From a virus (taxonomy: Duplodnaviria; Caudoviricetes): a DNA stretch of 64,000 bases. This document shows positions 38,275-47,913 of this stretch, piece after piece. The stretch's first letter is position 1. Every line of letters begins with the position of its first letter. The position numbers were made by a program, and so were the translations under genes. Where the stretch lies: the IMG/VR virus record IMGVR_UViG_3300042268_000478, positions 32,001-96,000 of that record; one strand, given 5' to 3'. Below the pieces are notes generated by a model. The model did not search any database. It was given only the letters and a program-made list of their open reading frames with translations, and was not told the DNA's origin.

Positions 38275-39462
38275 ATGAGTACGGAAGTACAGCCCATCGA
38301 AGAAGTGAAAGTAACTGAACTGAGAAAAGCAGCACGTCACTTCGCACCGGAAACCAGAGGCGTTGGTGGACTTGCCCACGCTGGAACCCGTGAACAATTA
38401 ATTCAGCTTCTTCTTCAAGACAAGGGCGTAATGGCAAGCGAAATTCAAGAGTTTCTGGCTGGCGGTGATGTCCAAGCTCCCCAAGATACTCCAGAACCCT
38501 ACTGGCACGGTTTTGATGCAGGGGCTGGAGCAGGTGAAGGAGAAGAGCCAGAACAACAGCCGGAGCAAAAGCAGGAACAGCCACAAGAAAAAGAAGCTTC
38601 AAAAGGCGAAAATGATGAACTCGAAATTATCCGCAAAATCATCAATAAGGGCAAAGGCGTAGACGAAGAGGCTGTCAAAAAGATCGTAAGGGAAGAGCTG
38701 AAAAAGAAAGTAAAAGTTATCGAAGTCAAGCGCCAAGACCTCCCTCCGAAAGAAATCGGCATGTGCCATCATCTTACAGAGCAAATTGCAAAGGTCTGTA
38801 ATCTAGGCATCAATCAGATGCTTGTTGGTCCAGCAGGTGGCGGTAAAACTACCACAGGCGAAAAGGTTGCAGAAATTCTCGATATTCCGTTCTATCCTAT
38901 GAGTGTCGGCCCACAAACAACTAAAAGCGACTTGCTCGGCTTTATTGATGCTCACGGCAACTATCACGCTACACCGCTCCGCAATGCTTTCGAGAATGGC
39001 GGTTTACTTCTTCTCGATGAAATGGATGCGGCAAACGCTGGAGTTCTCACCATCATCAACGCCCTGCTTGCGAATGGCTACTGCTCATTCCCAGACGGCA
39101 TTAAGAAACGCCATGATGATTTTCGTTGCATCTGCGCATGTAACACTTTCGGGAGAGGAGCTGACCGCCAGTATGTGGGACGTAACCAACTGGACGCGGC
39201 AACCCTTGACCGTTTCGCTGTAGTTGATTTTGATTATGATGAAGACCTTGAGCGCCAGCTTGCCGGACATGATGAATGGGTCAGCAAAATTCAGCGTTAC
39301 CGCAAGCGTGTTTTTCAGACTAAGCAGCGGGTGGTAATTTCTCCACGTGCTAGCATTTACGGAGCTCAACTTCTAGCATCCGGCATGAAAGAAAAAGATG
39401 TCGAAGAGCTCGTTGTCTGGAAAGGCGTAAGCGCTGAAATCCGTAGCAAAATCCAAGGCTAG
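38275..39462 (+). CDS. MoxR/CobS-like AAA+ ATPase
   Basis: 'GPAGGGKT', 'LLLLDEMD', 'NTFGRGADRQYVGRNQLDAATLDRF'. Confidence 0.9.
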   Translation: MSTEVQPIEEVKVTELRKAARHFAPETRGVGGLAHAGTREQLIQLLLQDKGVMASEIQEFLAGGDVQAPQDTPEPYWHGFDAGAGAGEGEEPEQQPEQKQEQPQEKEASKGENDELEIIRKIINKGKGVDEEAVKKIVREELKKKVKVIEVKRQDLPPKEIGMCHHLTEQIAKVCNLGINQMLVGPAGGGKTTTGEKVAEILDIPFYPMSVGPQTTKSDLLGFIDAHGNYHATPLRNAFENGGLLLLDEMDAANAGVLTIINALLANGYCSFPDGIKKRHDDFRCICACNTFGRGADRQYVGRNQLDAATLDRFAVVDFDYDEDLERQLAGHDEWVSKIQRYRKRVFQTKQRVVISPRASIYGAQLLASGMKEKDVEELVVWKGVSAEIRSKIQG

Positions 39463-39483
39463 TAAGAGCTGAGAGGTGTAGTC

Positions 39484-40317
39484 ATGAATATTGAAAAACG
39501 TCCAAGTGAAATGTTCGTTGATTTCGAGAACATTCTGGAATTTGCTAATTTTGCCAATGAAATACCAGACACAAACTATTCTAAAGACAGAGATGACGAA
39601 GAATGGTGCGGAGGAACTTTTGAAGATGCAATGACTCAGGCAAAAACTGGAAATCCAGAGCTTTGCAATAAACTCTTTGATGACGTAAGAGTTCTTGAAG
39701 CTCTTATTGAGGAAGACAAGATTGGAGAAATTCGGGACGTTACCGGAGAATATTTCGATGTTGGAGACGTTATTTCAGGAGAGCCGGAATGTTGGAGGAG
39801 AGACGAATACGGAGAGCAGAAACCAGTAATTCCCATATATGCTAGTTTCGGAATGAATGCCGGTATTTCTCCAGAAACTATTTTTCATCGAGGAGCAGCA
39901 ATAGTTGCAATGATTGACGAATTAGAATCAAATGGATTTACTGTAGACTTATATCTTGAAAAAGGCACAACATACAGAAATGTTACTTATCATTATTTCA
40001 TAAAAGTAAAAACTGACCCTATTGATTTGGATACTGTTGCATTTATTCTTGCAAATCCTTTATGTCAAAGACGATTGTCCTTTGCAGTTCTTGAAAAGCT
40101 TACAGAAGAGGATTATTGCTCAGGTTATGGCGTTTCCAAGAACTTGCCTTCTGAACGTATTTTGCAGGATACTGATTTGTCCGGCTTTTACTTCTGTTGT
40201 TCAAATGCGATTCAGTTTAGGGAAAAAAATTACAGCACCCTCGAAGCAGCGAAAGATCACATCCTTAAAATGCTTGAAGACTTCAAGAATAACGCGGCAC
40301 AAGTAATAATCGGGTAG
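39484..40317 (+). CDS. AAA partner protein (VWA/CobT-like, degenerate)
   Basis: Follows MoxR AAA; 'FDVGDVISGEPECW', 'RGAAIVAMIDELESNG'. Confidence 0.6.
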   Translation: MNIEKRPSEMFVDFENILEFANFANEIPDTNYSKDRDDEEWCGGTFEDAMTQAKTGNPELCNKLFDDVRVLEALIEEDKIGEIRDVTGEYFDVGDVISGEPECWRRDEYGEQKPVIPIYASFGMNAGISPETIFHRGAAIVAMIDELESNGFTVDLYLEKGTTYRNVTYHYFIKVKTDPIDLDTVAFILANPLCQRRLSFAVLEKLTEEDYCSGYGVSKNLPSERILQDTDLSGFYFCCSNAIQFREKNYSTLEAAKDHILKMLEDFKNNAAQVIIG

Positions 40318-40367
40318 CTTTTTTTTAATCCTGAAATTAACTAAATTAACCACAAGAGAAGTAAATC

Positions 40368-40682
40368 ATGCAACACGAGTTCACAATATGGGCAGAAGGC
40401 GAAAGCGGAAGCGAACACGAATTCTTTGTTATTGCTGACTGCGATGTTGTAGACAACGGAATTGGCGCAACTGAATTCTGGGGCATCAGAAGCTATCACG
40501 TCCAACTGCAAAATGAATGCGAACTCGTTGAAGCCTACCTCGTAGGCAGAAACGAGCGCAAGCGCAAGCTCGACCTCAACAAACTGTCGTGCTACATGCC
40601 GATACTGAACGGCGTAAAGGAAAAGTTTGAGGAACTTGTAGAAGACGCAAAGCTTGAAGCGCAACTGAATAAAGCCAGTTGA
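40368..40682 (+). CDS. Hypothetical phage protein
   Basis: 'DNGIGATEFWG' phage-type motif. Confidence 0.65.
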   Translation: MQHEFTIWAEGESGSEHEFFVIADCDVVDNGIGATEFWGIRSYHVQLQNECELVEAYLVGRNERKRKLDLNKLSCYMPILNGVKEKFEELVEDAKLEAQLNKAS

Positions 40683-40714
40683 AATAAATAACCACAAAAA
40701 GGAGTAACCACAAA

Positions 40715-40993
40715 ATGAGTACCAACTCGGAACTTAAAAAGGGAGTCGTCAGATGGTTCAGTCCCAGCAGGGGCTACGGATTCATTGACAGCAAGCAAGG
40801 TGACGTTTTCGTCCACTATTCAGCAATCAGCACAAAGGGCTATAGAGAGTTGCAGAGCGGCGATGTTGTACAATACACCTCTCAACCCACGGAAAAGGGC
40901 TTGATGGCTTTAACGGTCTTCCCTGCCCCTTCACGCAAGGCATCCTCCGCTAAATACTCACGCCGTAGACAATGGAGACGTAAAAATGCCTAA
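40715..40993 (+). CDS. Cold-shock domain protein
   Basis: 'GVVRWFSPSRGYGFI', 'DVFVHYSAI', 'GYREL'. Confidence 0.92.
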   Translation: MSTNSELKKGVVRWFSPSRGYGFIDSKQGDVFVHYSAISTKGYRELQSGDVVQYTSQPTEKGLMALTVFPAPSRKASSAKYSRRRQWRRKNA

Positions 40994-41585
40994 TCCAAGA
41001 ATTGAAATTGATGTTCCTGATGGAGTCTCTGGAAACTGGCAGGTCAGCAGCTTTGAAGTTTCTGAAAAAGACGCTTCTTGGTTTAATCTGGGGCAAGCGA
41101 TCAAAGGGACACGCAGAAATATTGTAGCTGGCAAATACAAGAGAATTTGCAGAAACGGCAGGGTGATAATGTCTAATACTCCTGCCGAAATAGCCGACCA
41201 TATGAAGTTCATTCTTACCGCCAAACAGGAAGGCGGTCACATCTTGATAAATGGGCTCGGTCTTGGTGTAGCACTCAAAGAAATATTGACCAGCGAAAAG
41301 GTGAAATCCGTTACTGTCGTAGAAAAGTCAAAGGACGTGATCGCTCTGGTTGCCTCAACATACCTGAAAGATAGCAGGGTAAAAATCATCGAAGCAGATG
41401 CTTATGATTACACGCCACCGGCTGAAATTAAATACAGTGCGGTATGGCATGACATTTGGGACGATATTAGCTCGCAGAATCTTCCAGAAATGGCAAAATT
41501 GCGGAGAAAATACTCCAAGTTCGCAGACTGGCAGGGTTCCTGGGCTGAGAATGAATGCCGTAGACAAAAGAGACGTGGCTATTAG
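40986..41585 (+). CDS. Spermidine-synthase-like class I SAM-dependent transferase
   Basis: 'ILINGLGLG', 'VTVVEKS', 'IIEADA', 'WHDIW'. Confidence 0.8.
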   Translation: MPNPRIEIDVPDGVSGNWQVSSFEVSEKDASWFNLGQAIKGTRRNIVAGKYKRICRNGRVIMSNTPAEIADHMKFILTAKQEGGHILINGLGLGVALKEILTSEKVKSVTVVEKSKDVIALVASTYLKDSRVKIIEADAYDYTPPAEIKYSAVWHDIWDDISSQNLPEMAKLRRKYSKFADWQGSWAENECRRQKRRGY

Positions 41586-41596
41586 GAGAATACATC

Positions 41597-42070
41597 ATGT
41601 CTTCCAGCTATGAAACCAGAGAGAATTTGCGGGATGCTAACCGTGCTCTACGAAAAACCATCAACGAAAAAAACATTGAAATACTTAAACTTAGAAAGGA
41701 GCTTGAGATTTATATGCAGGAGCAATTAAAACAACTGGATTCATTCAAACAGGTATTCAATTCCTTCCAAATGAAAATCCATGAAAACGCCAAGGATAAA
41801 GGCTGGCACGAACAGGAACCAAGAAACAACGGGGAGCTTATCGCTCTCTGCCACAGTGAGCTTTCCGAAGCCTTGGAATACCTGCGTCACGACAATCCGA
41901 AAAGTGACCATATTCCAGAATTCACTGGAGTAGAGGAAGAACTTGCAGATGTCATTATCCGTATCATGGATATGGCGCAATTGAGAGGTTGGGATATCGC
42001 AGGCGCGATGATTGCCAAGCACGAGTTTAACCGCATAAGATCACACCGGCACGGCGGTAAGCAGTTTTAA
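41597..42070 (+). CDS. MazG-like nucleotide pyrophosphohydrolase
   Basis: 'LCHSELSEALE', 'EEELADVIIRIMD', 'KHEFN'. Confidence 0.85.
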   Translation: MSSSYETRENLRDANRALRKTINEKNIEILKLRKELEIYMQEQLKQLDSFKQVFNSFQMKIHENAKDKGWHEQEPRNNGELIALCHSELSEALEYLRHDNPKSDHIPEFTGVEEELADVIIRIMDMAQLRGWDIAGAMIAKHEFNRIRSHRHGGKQF

Positions 42071-42097
42071 CAAGTCAGCAGAAAGGAAAATAAAGCT

Positions 42098-42355
42098 ATG
42101 ACTCCTACAAACTTCCCAGAAAGTAATAGAACCTTAGTGAAACCTGCAAACCTGACCGAAGAAGAATGTGGCAGCCTTCCGATATTCACAGATGGGCAAA
42201 TCTGCGTAAGCTGTTGGGAATTGTCAGAAGAAGAAAAACAGAAAATACTCAAGACCGGAAAGATATGGCTGATGGTTTGGTCTGGAACGACTCAACCGCC
42301 AGTATGTATTACCGCTGAAAGTCCAATTATTACGAATGAAACTGAGGAAAAATAA
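42098..42355 (+). CDS. Hypothetical phage protein
   Basis: 'CGSLP...VSCWELS..E...I..TGKIWL...QPP'. Confidence 0.7.
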   Translation: MTPTNFPESNRTLVKPANLTEEECGSLPIFTDGQICVSCWELSEEEKQKILKTGKIWLMVWSGTTQPPVCITAESPIITNETEEK

Positions 42356-42368
42356 AAGGATTTGAACA

Positions 42369-42956
42369 ATGAAAAACGAAATTAAACTAGACATCAACAA
42401 GGTCATTTCGCCACTAGCATTGAAAGTAAAAGTCAAAGGCGTTTCTCGGTTTAAGATAAGGACAAAAATAACTTATTTCCTGCTTAGGATCGTAGGCATG
42501 GTTTGCCCTGTCGATACCAAGCTGGAGATAGAGATGCTGGATAAAGAAAAGAAGAATCTTAACAGCCTGTATCCAGATAAATGCCCGATTACCCAGAGAC
42601 CGTTTTTTATGACTATCGAGCACCCAGAAAAAGGCATAGTTCCGACTTATGGAGGTCCATTCGACTCGTACACAATCCCTGAAATGTACGGTCACCCTGA
42701 GCAACCTTGGCATGAGCGTGAATTATGCTACGAGCGTTATGATCATGACGAAGGTTGTTGGACAGATGAATTGACAATATCAACGCTCCGCATAGTGGAT
42801 GAAAACTATCTATTTGAGGCAGAAGATAAAGTTAAAAATATGATGGGGACGTTGAAAGAATTCTTGGCTTATTATGAAGCGGACGAAAATCTATCTTGGG
42901 GCAGTTTATCACAGGATGCAAGAGCCATAATAGCCAAAGTGGAAGGAGTGGAATGA
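42369..42956 (+). CDS. Hypothetical protein
   Basis: In-operon ORF with RBS. Confidence 0.65.
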   Translation: MKNEIKLDINKVISPLALKVKVKGVSRFKIRTKITYFLLRIVGMVCPVDTKLEIEMLDKEKKNLNSLYPDKCPITQRPFFMTIEHPEKGIVPTYGGPFDSYTIPEMYGHPEQPWHERELCYERYDHDEGCWTDELTISTLRIVDENYLFEAEDKVKNMMGTLKEFLAYYEADENLSWGSLSQDARAIIAKVEGVE

Positions 42957-43531
42957 TGAATAGTCAAGAAATCATTGAGAAGCTGAAGGCTCATTACAAA
43001 ACCTTTAATGAAATTCCTGAACATTTTGACCTTGCGGAGTTTGTAAAAAAGGATTTAACAGAAGACGAGAAAACGGCGCGTGATGCCAAGCTGTCAATCA
43101 GGAATCTGAAACATATTATAAACGATATTATTTTCTTGGTTAAAGCTTCTGAATTGAAAGAAACTGAGTTTTCAAGTGATAAGCCATTGAGAACCGAAAA
43201 GGCGTTGTTTTCAGATACAAAAACCGGTGATTTTGTCGCAGTCCGCCCATGCGGGGACGAATACGATAATAAAACATTTCTTGGAGTGTATTTAGGTGAA
43301 GCCGCTTTGTCGCAGATTATAAAGATTGAAGACAATAAAATAAAAACTGAGCTTGGTTTTTATAATCCGGCGATCTTCGTACCTGATTTGAATGAAATTA
43401 TATACGGGTGTGCCAGTTGGTGGGGCAAAATCAAATCTCCTGACGACCTTAAACAGATATCCGATGTAGATATTAATAATGTTTGGTATGTCAAGGTAAT
43501 GAAAACTATTGCCCAAGCGGAGAAAGAATAA
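42953..43531 (+). CDS. Hypothetical protein
   Basis: Coupled start after GGAG. Confidence 0.65.
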   Translation: MMNSQEIIEKLKAHYKTFNEIPEHFDLAEFVKKDLTEDEKTARDAKLSIRNLKHIINDIIFLVKASELKETEFSSDKPLRTEKALFSDTKTGDFVAVRPCGDEYDNKTFLGVYLGEAALSQIIKIEDNKIKTELGFYNPAIFVPDLNEIIYGCASWWGKIKSPDDLKQISDVDINNVWYVKVMKTIAQAEKE

Positions 43532-43533
43532 TC

Positions 43534-44100
43534 ATGGAAATCACTAAAACCACTACACACAAGTACGAAGTTGCCAATGTTGCCTTGAACTTGTTCGTGT
43601 TCAATGAAAATTTCAGGAAGATAAGAGGCAGATTCAAGTATAAAGGCTTTGCTTGCTTCCGCTGTCACCACAAGTTTAAAGATGGCGAAAAAATAAGCTT
43701 GCTGCAATTCAAAAACTACCCGAACCGCCTGGTGTGTCACGAGTGCGCAAAGGCGTGTGATGATGCTCTGAAAGCTGAAAAAAAGAGTAATAAACTGAAA
43801 ATAAAAAATATTCTTCAAACATGTTCCTCTTGCCCGTCTCAGTGGGAGGCAAAGTTGGATGATGGCAGAATGGCTTACTTTCGATACAGGCACGGGTACT
43901 TGGCTGTAAGTGTGAGCAAAGAAATAACCAATGACATTTATGATGCTATTGGCGATACTGCTGATTATGTATATGAAAAAGAAATAGGTGGAGAATATGA
44001 TGGCGATATGGAAACAGAAGAAATGATGAAGCTTACTTCACATATTTTTGAATATCCAGAGGTCGAGCTAACAAGTTTATTAATACAGGAAGGTGAATAA
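43534..44100 (+). CDS. Hypothetical protein with CxxC motifs
   Basis: CFRC, CHEC, 'CSSCPSQW'. Confidence 0.6.
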   Translation: MEITKTTTHKYEVANVALNLFVFNENFRKIRGRFKYKGFACFRCHHKFKDGEKISLLQFKNYPNRLVCHECAKACDDALKAEKKSNKLKIKNILQTCSSCPSQWEAKLDDGRMAYFRYRHGYLAVSVSKEITNDIYDAIGDTADYVYEKEIGGEYDGDMETEEMMKLTSHIFEYPEVELTSLLIQEGE

Positions 44101-44495
44101 TGAAAGAAACTATCAAATACACAATACCTAAAGTGCTGTTTTCCTTAGTTACATTTTTTATTGTTATGTACGGAGTAATTGGAATCAGTTACACTTGGGA
44201 TTATAGCAAAGGAATCTGGAATATAGCTCAGGTCTACATGTGGTTTCATGTTTGTGCTGAATGCTTTGTCATACCATGTGCATTCTCTCTGCTCACTGAT
44301 AAAAAAGCTCTCAAGAAAGCCAGAAAGAATTACCAAAAAACTCACCCTACTCCTATTTCTGAAGTAATTGGTATATTTACACATATAATTGAAATTGCGA
44401 CATTGGCGTACTTCGGTCATTTCTTCTATGCTGCAATATGGATACTTTCATTTATACTTTGCTTCTTTGTAAGTTTAATTCTTAAAAATAAATAA
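44100..44495 (+). CDS. Membrane protein
   Basis: Several hydrophobic segments. Confidence 0.6.
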   Translation: MKETIKYTIPKVLFSLVTFFIVMYGVIGISYTWDYSKGIWNIAQVYMWFHVCAECFVIPCAFSLLTDKKALKKARKNYQKTHPTPISEVIGIFTHIIEIATLAYFGHFFYAAIWILSFILCFFVSLILKNK

Positions 44496-44513
44496 TGCAG
44501 GAGGAGATAAATA

Positions 44514-44726
44514 ATGAAACTTTTTATAAACAAGAATAGTTCCTCGGAGCTTATAGAATGGCTCAAGGCAGTTTGTGAGTACATAGAGGATGATGCAAAT
44601 AACCTTACGGCAGGAAACTTGTCGCATCATCGTCCATCTATCAGATGGAAAGCAACCAGGATGAAGCAAGTCTTAGATGCCTTGCCTGATAAAATTAAGC
44701 AGGAAAAAGAAAAGGAAGATAAATAA
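44514..44726 (+). CDS. Hypothetical protein
   Basis: RBS GGAGG. Confidence 0.6.
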   Translation: MKLFINKNSSSELIEWLKAVCEYIEDDANNLTAGNLSHHRPSIRWKATRMKQVLDALPDKIKQEKEKEDK

Positions 44727-45598
44727 TGCTATACGAAAAATCTACTTGGTGGGATGAAGCCTGGAACCCAGTCTGGGGATGCACTCCAGTCAGTGAAGAG
44801 TGCGAACACTGTTATGCGAAGTCTCTTGTTGAGACTCGATTTGCAAATAATCCTCTTGCGCCGGTGCATGATTTCAACGTAAAAATTGTTGAGAAGCAGT
44901 TCAATAAGCGTTTCAAGAAGAGTTCTAAGCGGATTTTTATCTGCAACATGAGTGACCTTTTTCATGAGCAAGTGCCGTTTGAAGTAGTTGACCGAGTGCT
45001 AGCACGAGTAGCCCAAGACCAAGAACGGCAGTATTTTATTCTGACCAAGCGTGAAAAGCGAATGGCTGAGTATTTCAGCTACCATGACACTTGCTTGAGA
45101 GTGGCGAACGAAGCAAAAATCAGACCTCACAAATTACTCGAACGCTGGCCATTAAAAAATCTTTGGCTTGGGGTAACTGCCGGTAATCAAAAGAATCTGG
45201 ATTTAAGAGTTCCATACCTCCTAAAAACTGGCTGGTCTAATTTGTTTGTAAGTATTGAGCCAATGCTTGAAGATGCAAATCTAAAATATGAATGGTTTGA
45301 AACTGACAACGAGAAAGAGTGTCCAAACAAAAACCTTACTCTCCACAGAAAAATACATCTATGTCCTAAGTGTGCACCGAAAACGTCCGGTGGAATTGGC
45401 TGGATTATTTTTGGAGCTGAATCCGGTTCAGATCGGAGACGTTGTGAAAATCAATGGATAACCAACGGAGTAAAGATGTGCAAATCAGCAAACATTCCCG
45501 TATTCGTCAAGCAGTTAGACATTAATGGTAAACTTGTTAAGGATATTTACAAGTTCCCTGAGCTCTTGAGAATAAGAGAATTTCCCGAAATGTCGTAA
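44726..45598 (+). CDS. DUF5131 / phage Gp37Gp68 family (radical-SAM-like)
   Basis: 'WNPVWGCTPVSEECEHCYA', 'MSDLFHE', 'LTKR', 'SIEPML', 'GAESG', 'FVKQ'. Confidence 0.9.
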   Translation: MLYEKSTWWDEAWNPVWGCTPVSEECEHCYAKSLVETRFANNPLAPVHDFNVKIVEKQFNKRFKKSSKRIFICNMSDLFHEQVPFEVVDRVLARVAQDQERQYFILTKREKRMAEYFSYHDTCLRVANEAKIRPHKLLERWPLKNLWLGVTAGNQKNLDLRVPYLLKTGWSNLFVSIEPMLEDANLKYEWFETDNEKECPNKNLTLHRKIHLCPKCAPKTSGGIGWIIFGAESGSDRRRCENQWITNGVKMCKSANIPVFVKQLDINGKLVKDIYKFPELLRIREFPEMS

Positions 45599-45687
45599 AA
45601 GAATTTTTTGCAGCTTGCAATTTACTATATTTATCATTATTTTTTACTTTATAAACTAAAAATAACCAAAAGAGAGAGTAGATAATA

Positions 45688-46218
45688 ATGAACGATTGCC
45701 CAAGCTGCTTTGCGACACAGGAGTGCGGCAGGATTCCCGAATGCACCATGTGCGAGTTTACAGAATCCTGTCGCTATTGTTTTGAAAATGATGGAGATAA
45801 ATGTGATCGAACTTCAGGTCACGTGTCTTTTGAAAACTACGACTACAGCGAAGAAACTGCGGAAACAGCTGAGGGCGTATATTCGTTTGATAACAGCAGT
45901 CGAAAGACTGACCCAAGATACACCGATGAAGACCTCTTGAAGCTAATGGAATTCATGTTGAGAATAGATGATTATTCCCTCGGCATTGTAGAAAGCGTCA
46001 TAAACGGCAATCTCATGACCGTCAGTGATGCGGCAAGGGTCTTCAAGGTATCCAGACAGGCTATGCATAGAAAAATTCTTGATTCTGTCCGCAAGCATCC
46101 AGAACTTAAAAACCTTTTCCGTGCGAACCTGTACCGATGCAAGAAACTGCGCAATGAGCATTTGAATCATGGCGAAAACCAGAGAAACAAAGAACGAGAA
46201 CAAATGGAGTTATTCTAA
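45688..46218 (+). CDS. Cys-rich regulator with HTH
   Basis: N-terminal Cys cluster; 'TVSDAARVFKVSRQAMHR'. Confidence 0.6.
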   Translation: MNDCPSCFATQECGRIPECTMCEFTESCRYCFENDGDKCDRTSGHVSFENYDYSEETAETAEGVYSFDNSSRKTDPRYTDEDLLKLMEFMLRIDDYSLGIVESVINGNLMTVSDAARVFKVSRQAMHRKILDSVRKHPELKNLFRANLYRCKKLRNEHLNHGENQRNKEREQMELF

Positions 46219-46709
46219 TGGCATGTATCAATAAAGTTATTATAATGGGTAATCTTACCAGAGAGCCGGAACTTCGCTACACCCAAGGCGGTTCGCCGGT
46301 ATGCGAAATGAGCCTTGCACTGAACCGTAAATCCAGAGGCAGAGAAGATGTGTGCTACGTTGAAGTTGTAGCATGGGGAAAGATCGGAGAGAATGCCAAC
46401 CGTTATCTTGGCAAAGGCTCCAGCGCTCTCGTTGAAGGCTATCTGAAATTTGAGCAGTGGCAAGACCAGTTCGGCAACAATCGCTCAAAGCTCAAAATAA
46501 CGGCTGAAAACGTTCAGTTCATATCTTCACCCCAAGAACCCTATAACAGAGCTCAAAACTCCGCTTATGATGAAAATAGAGGTACTCCAACGCCTCCACC
46601 ACAGCAACGCTTTACTACGGAAGATCGCCCAGACACACCGCCCCCTGCCCCAGAGCCGAAACCAAGTGATTACGCAGAACCTCCAGCAGAAGATGATATC
46701 CCGTTTTAG
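46218..46709 (+). CDS. ssb: Single-stranded DNA-binding protein
   Basis: 'INKVIIMGNLTREPELRYT', C-terminal 'DDIPF'. Confidence 0.97.
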   Translation: MACINKVIIMGNLTREPELRYTQGGSPVCEMSLALNRKSRGREDVCYVEVVAWGKIGENANRYLGKGSSALVEGYLKFEQWQDQFGNNRSKLKITAENVQFISSPQEPYNRAQNSAYDENRGTPTPPPQQRFTTEDRPDTPPPAPEPKPSDYAEPPAEDDIPF

Positions 46710-46711
46710 TC

Positions 46712-47131
46712 ATGAAAAAGCGAAGGAATTTGTTCAATGCCGAAAAGCTCAACCTCTGGAATTGCTGCGGAGAATATTACCCTGGAGGAATTACCCACTG
46801 CCGGAAATGCGGAAAGCCCAGACTTGACGCTAGTAGTTCTGAACGAAGTACCCCCAAGCCTCAACAAAGTCAACCAGATGCATTGGACGCAAAAAGCCAG
46901 GTTACGGAAGCACTGGGAAACTATTCTGGACGGCTCCGTATCGTTATCGAGCGACACTCCAACCGCATGCTTGACGATGATAATGCCATAGGTGGAGCCA
47001 AGCAGCTCAGGGATGCTATAGCACATCTTCTCGATCGCAAAGGTGACAGCGAGCAAGACGGATTGACATTCGAATACATTCAGGTAAAGAGCAAGGCAAA
47101 AAAGACGGTAATAAAATTCTATAAAATATAG
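46712..47131 (+). CDS. RusA-like resolvase C-terminal part
   Basis: 'RMLDDDNAIGGAKQLRDAI...GDS'. Confidence 0.6.
   Translation: MKKRRNLFNAEKLNLWNCCGEYYPGGITHCRKCGKPRLDASSSERSTPKPQQSQPDALDAKSQVTEALGNYSGRLRIVIERHSNRMLDDDNAIGGAKQLRDAIAHLLDRKGDSEQDGLTFEYIQVKSKAKKTVIKFYKI
46737..46991 (+). CDS. Overlapping ORF carrying RusA-like N-terminal motif
   Basis: 'LTLVVLNEVPPSLNKVNQMHW'; GAAGGA RBS upstream. Confidence 0.45.
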   Translation: MPKSSTSGIAAENITLEELPTAGNAESPDLTLVVLNEVPPSLNKVNQMHWTQKARLRKHWETILDGSVSLSSDTPTACLTMIMP

Positions 47132-47144
47132 AGGGATATTAATT

Positions 47145-47912
47145 ATGGCGACCAGAAAAACAAGTGCTCGGGCTAAAAACAAAAAAGCCACAGAAAAGAC
47201 GGTCAAGAAAGCTGTGCTTCAAATCAAAGAATATGACATTGAGTATCTTCTTGCCTGTAAGGCTAAGTACAATCCGAGAAAAATCTCTGGAGAACAGCAG
47301 GCTGGCTTACGCCTTTCCATGACCAAGTTTGGCTATGTCCAGAACATTATCTTCAACGAAAAGACCGAAACTGTAGTATCGGGTCATCAAAGGCTTGATA
47401 TTCTTCATGCGGAAGGTTATGAGCGCGTTGAAGTGCATGTCGTTAATCTTTCCGAAGAGCAGGAGAAGCAGCTTAATGTTGCAATGAATGCCTCGACGAT
47501 TTCCGGGGATTTTACTGCCGGAATTAACGAAATGATCGAAGACATTCTCAAGGAAGACCCGGAGCTTTATGACTTGGCAAACCTTGGGTCGCTTATGGTG
47601 CTTGATGAAGACGAAGAAAAGCCTGAAAAGAAAAATGATGACAAGGAAGGCGTACCGGGGATGGACCTGCTGCCATACGAACACTATGACTGCATGCTGG
47701 TGGTGTTCAAAAACGTTGACGACTATCTATACCTCAGCAGCGCGCTCGGACTGGATGAAAAGCGGGTCATATCAGCCCCGATGGTCAAAAACAAACGTCT
47801 CGGGAAAGTGCGAGCCGTAGCAGCGGATAAACTGCTTGCGCTGATCGAAGGCGGCAATGAGGGCGCGATCGACATCATACTTGACGATCTTGAAGATATT
47901 AAGGGGTTGTGA
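47145..47912 (+). CDS. ParB/Srx N-terminal domain protein
   Basis: 'YNPRKIS...SMTKFGYVQNIIFN...VVSGHQRL'. Confidence 0.85.
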   Translation: MATRKTSARAKNKKATEKTVKKAVLQIKEYDIEYLLACKAKYNPRKISGEQQAGLRLSMTKFGYVQNIIFNEKTETVVSGHQRLDILHAEGYERVEVHVVNLSEEQEKQLNVAMNASTISGDFTAGINEMIEDILKEDPELYDLANLGSLMVLDEDEEKPEKKNDDKEGVPGMDLLPYEHYDCMLVVFKNVDDYLYLSSALGLDEKRVISAPMVKNKRLGKVRAVAADKLLALIEGGNEGAIDIILDDLEDIKGL

Positions 47913-47913
47913 T

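Noticed and set aside
47145-47912. Plasmid partition system
   Set aside because: Only a ParB N-terminal domain; no ParA or centromere-binding HTH; context fits phage modification/packaging loci.
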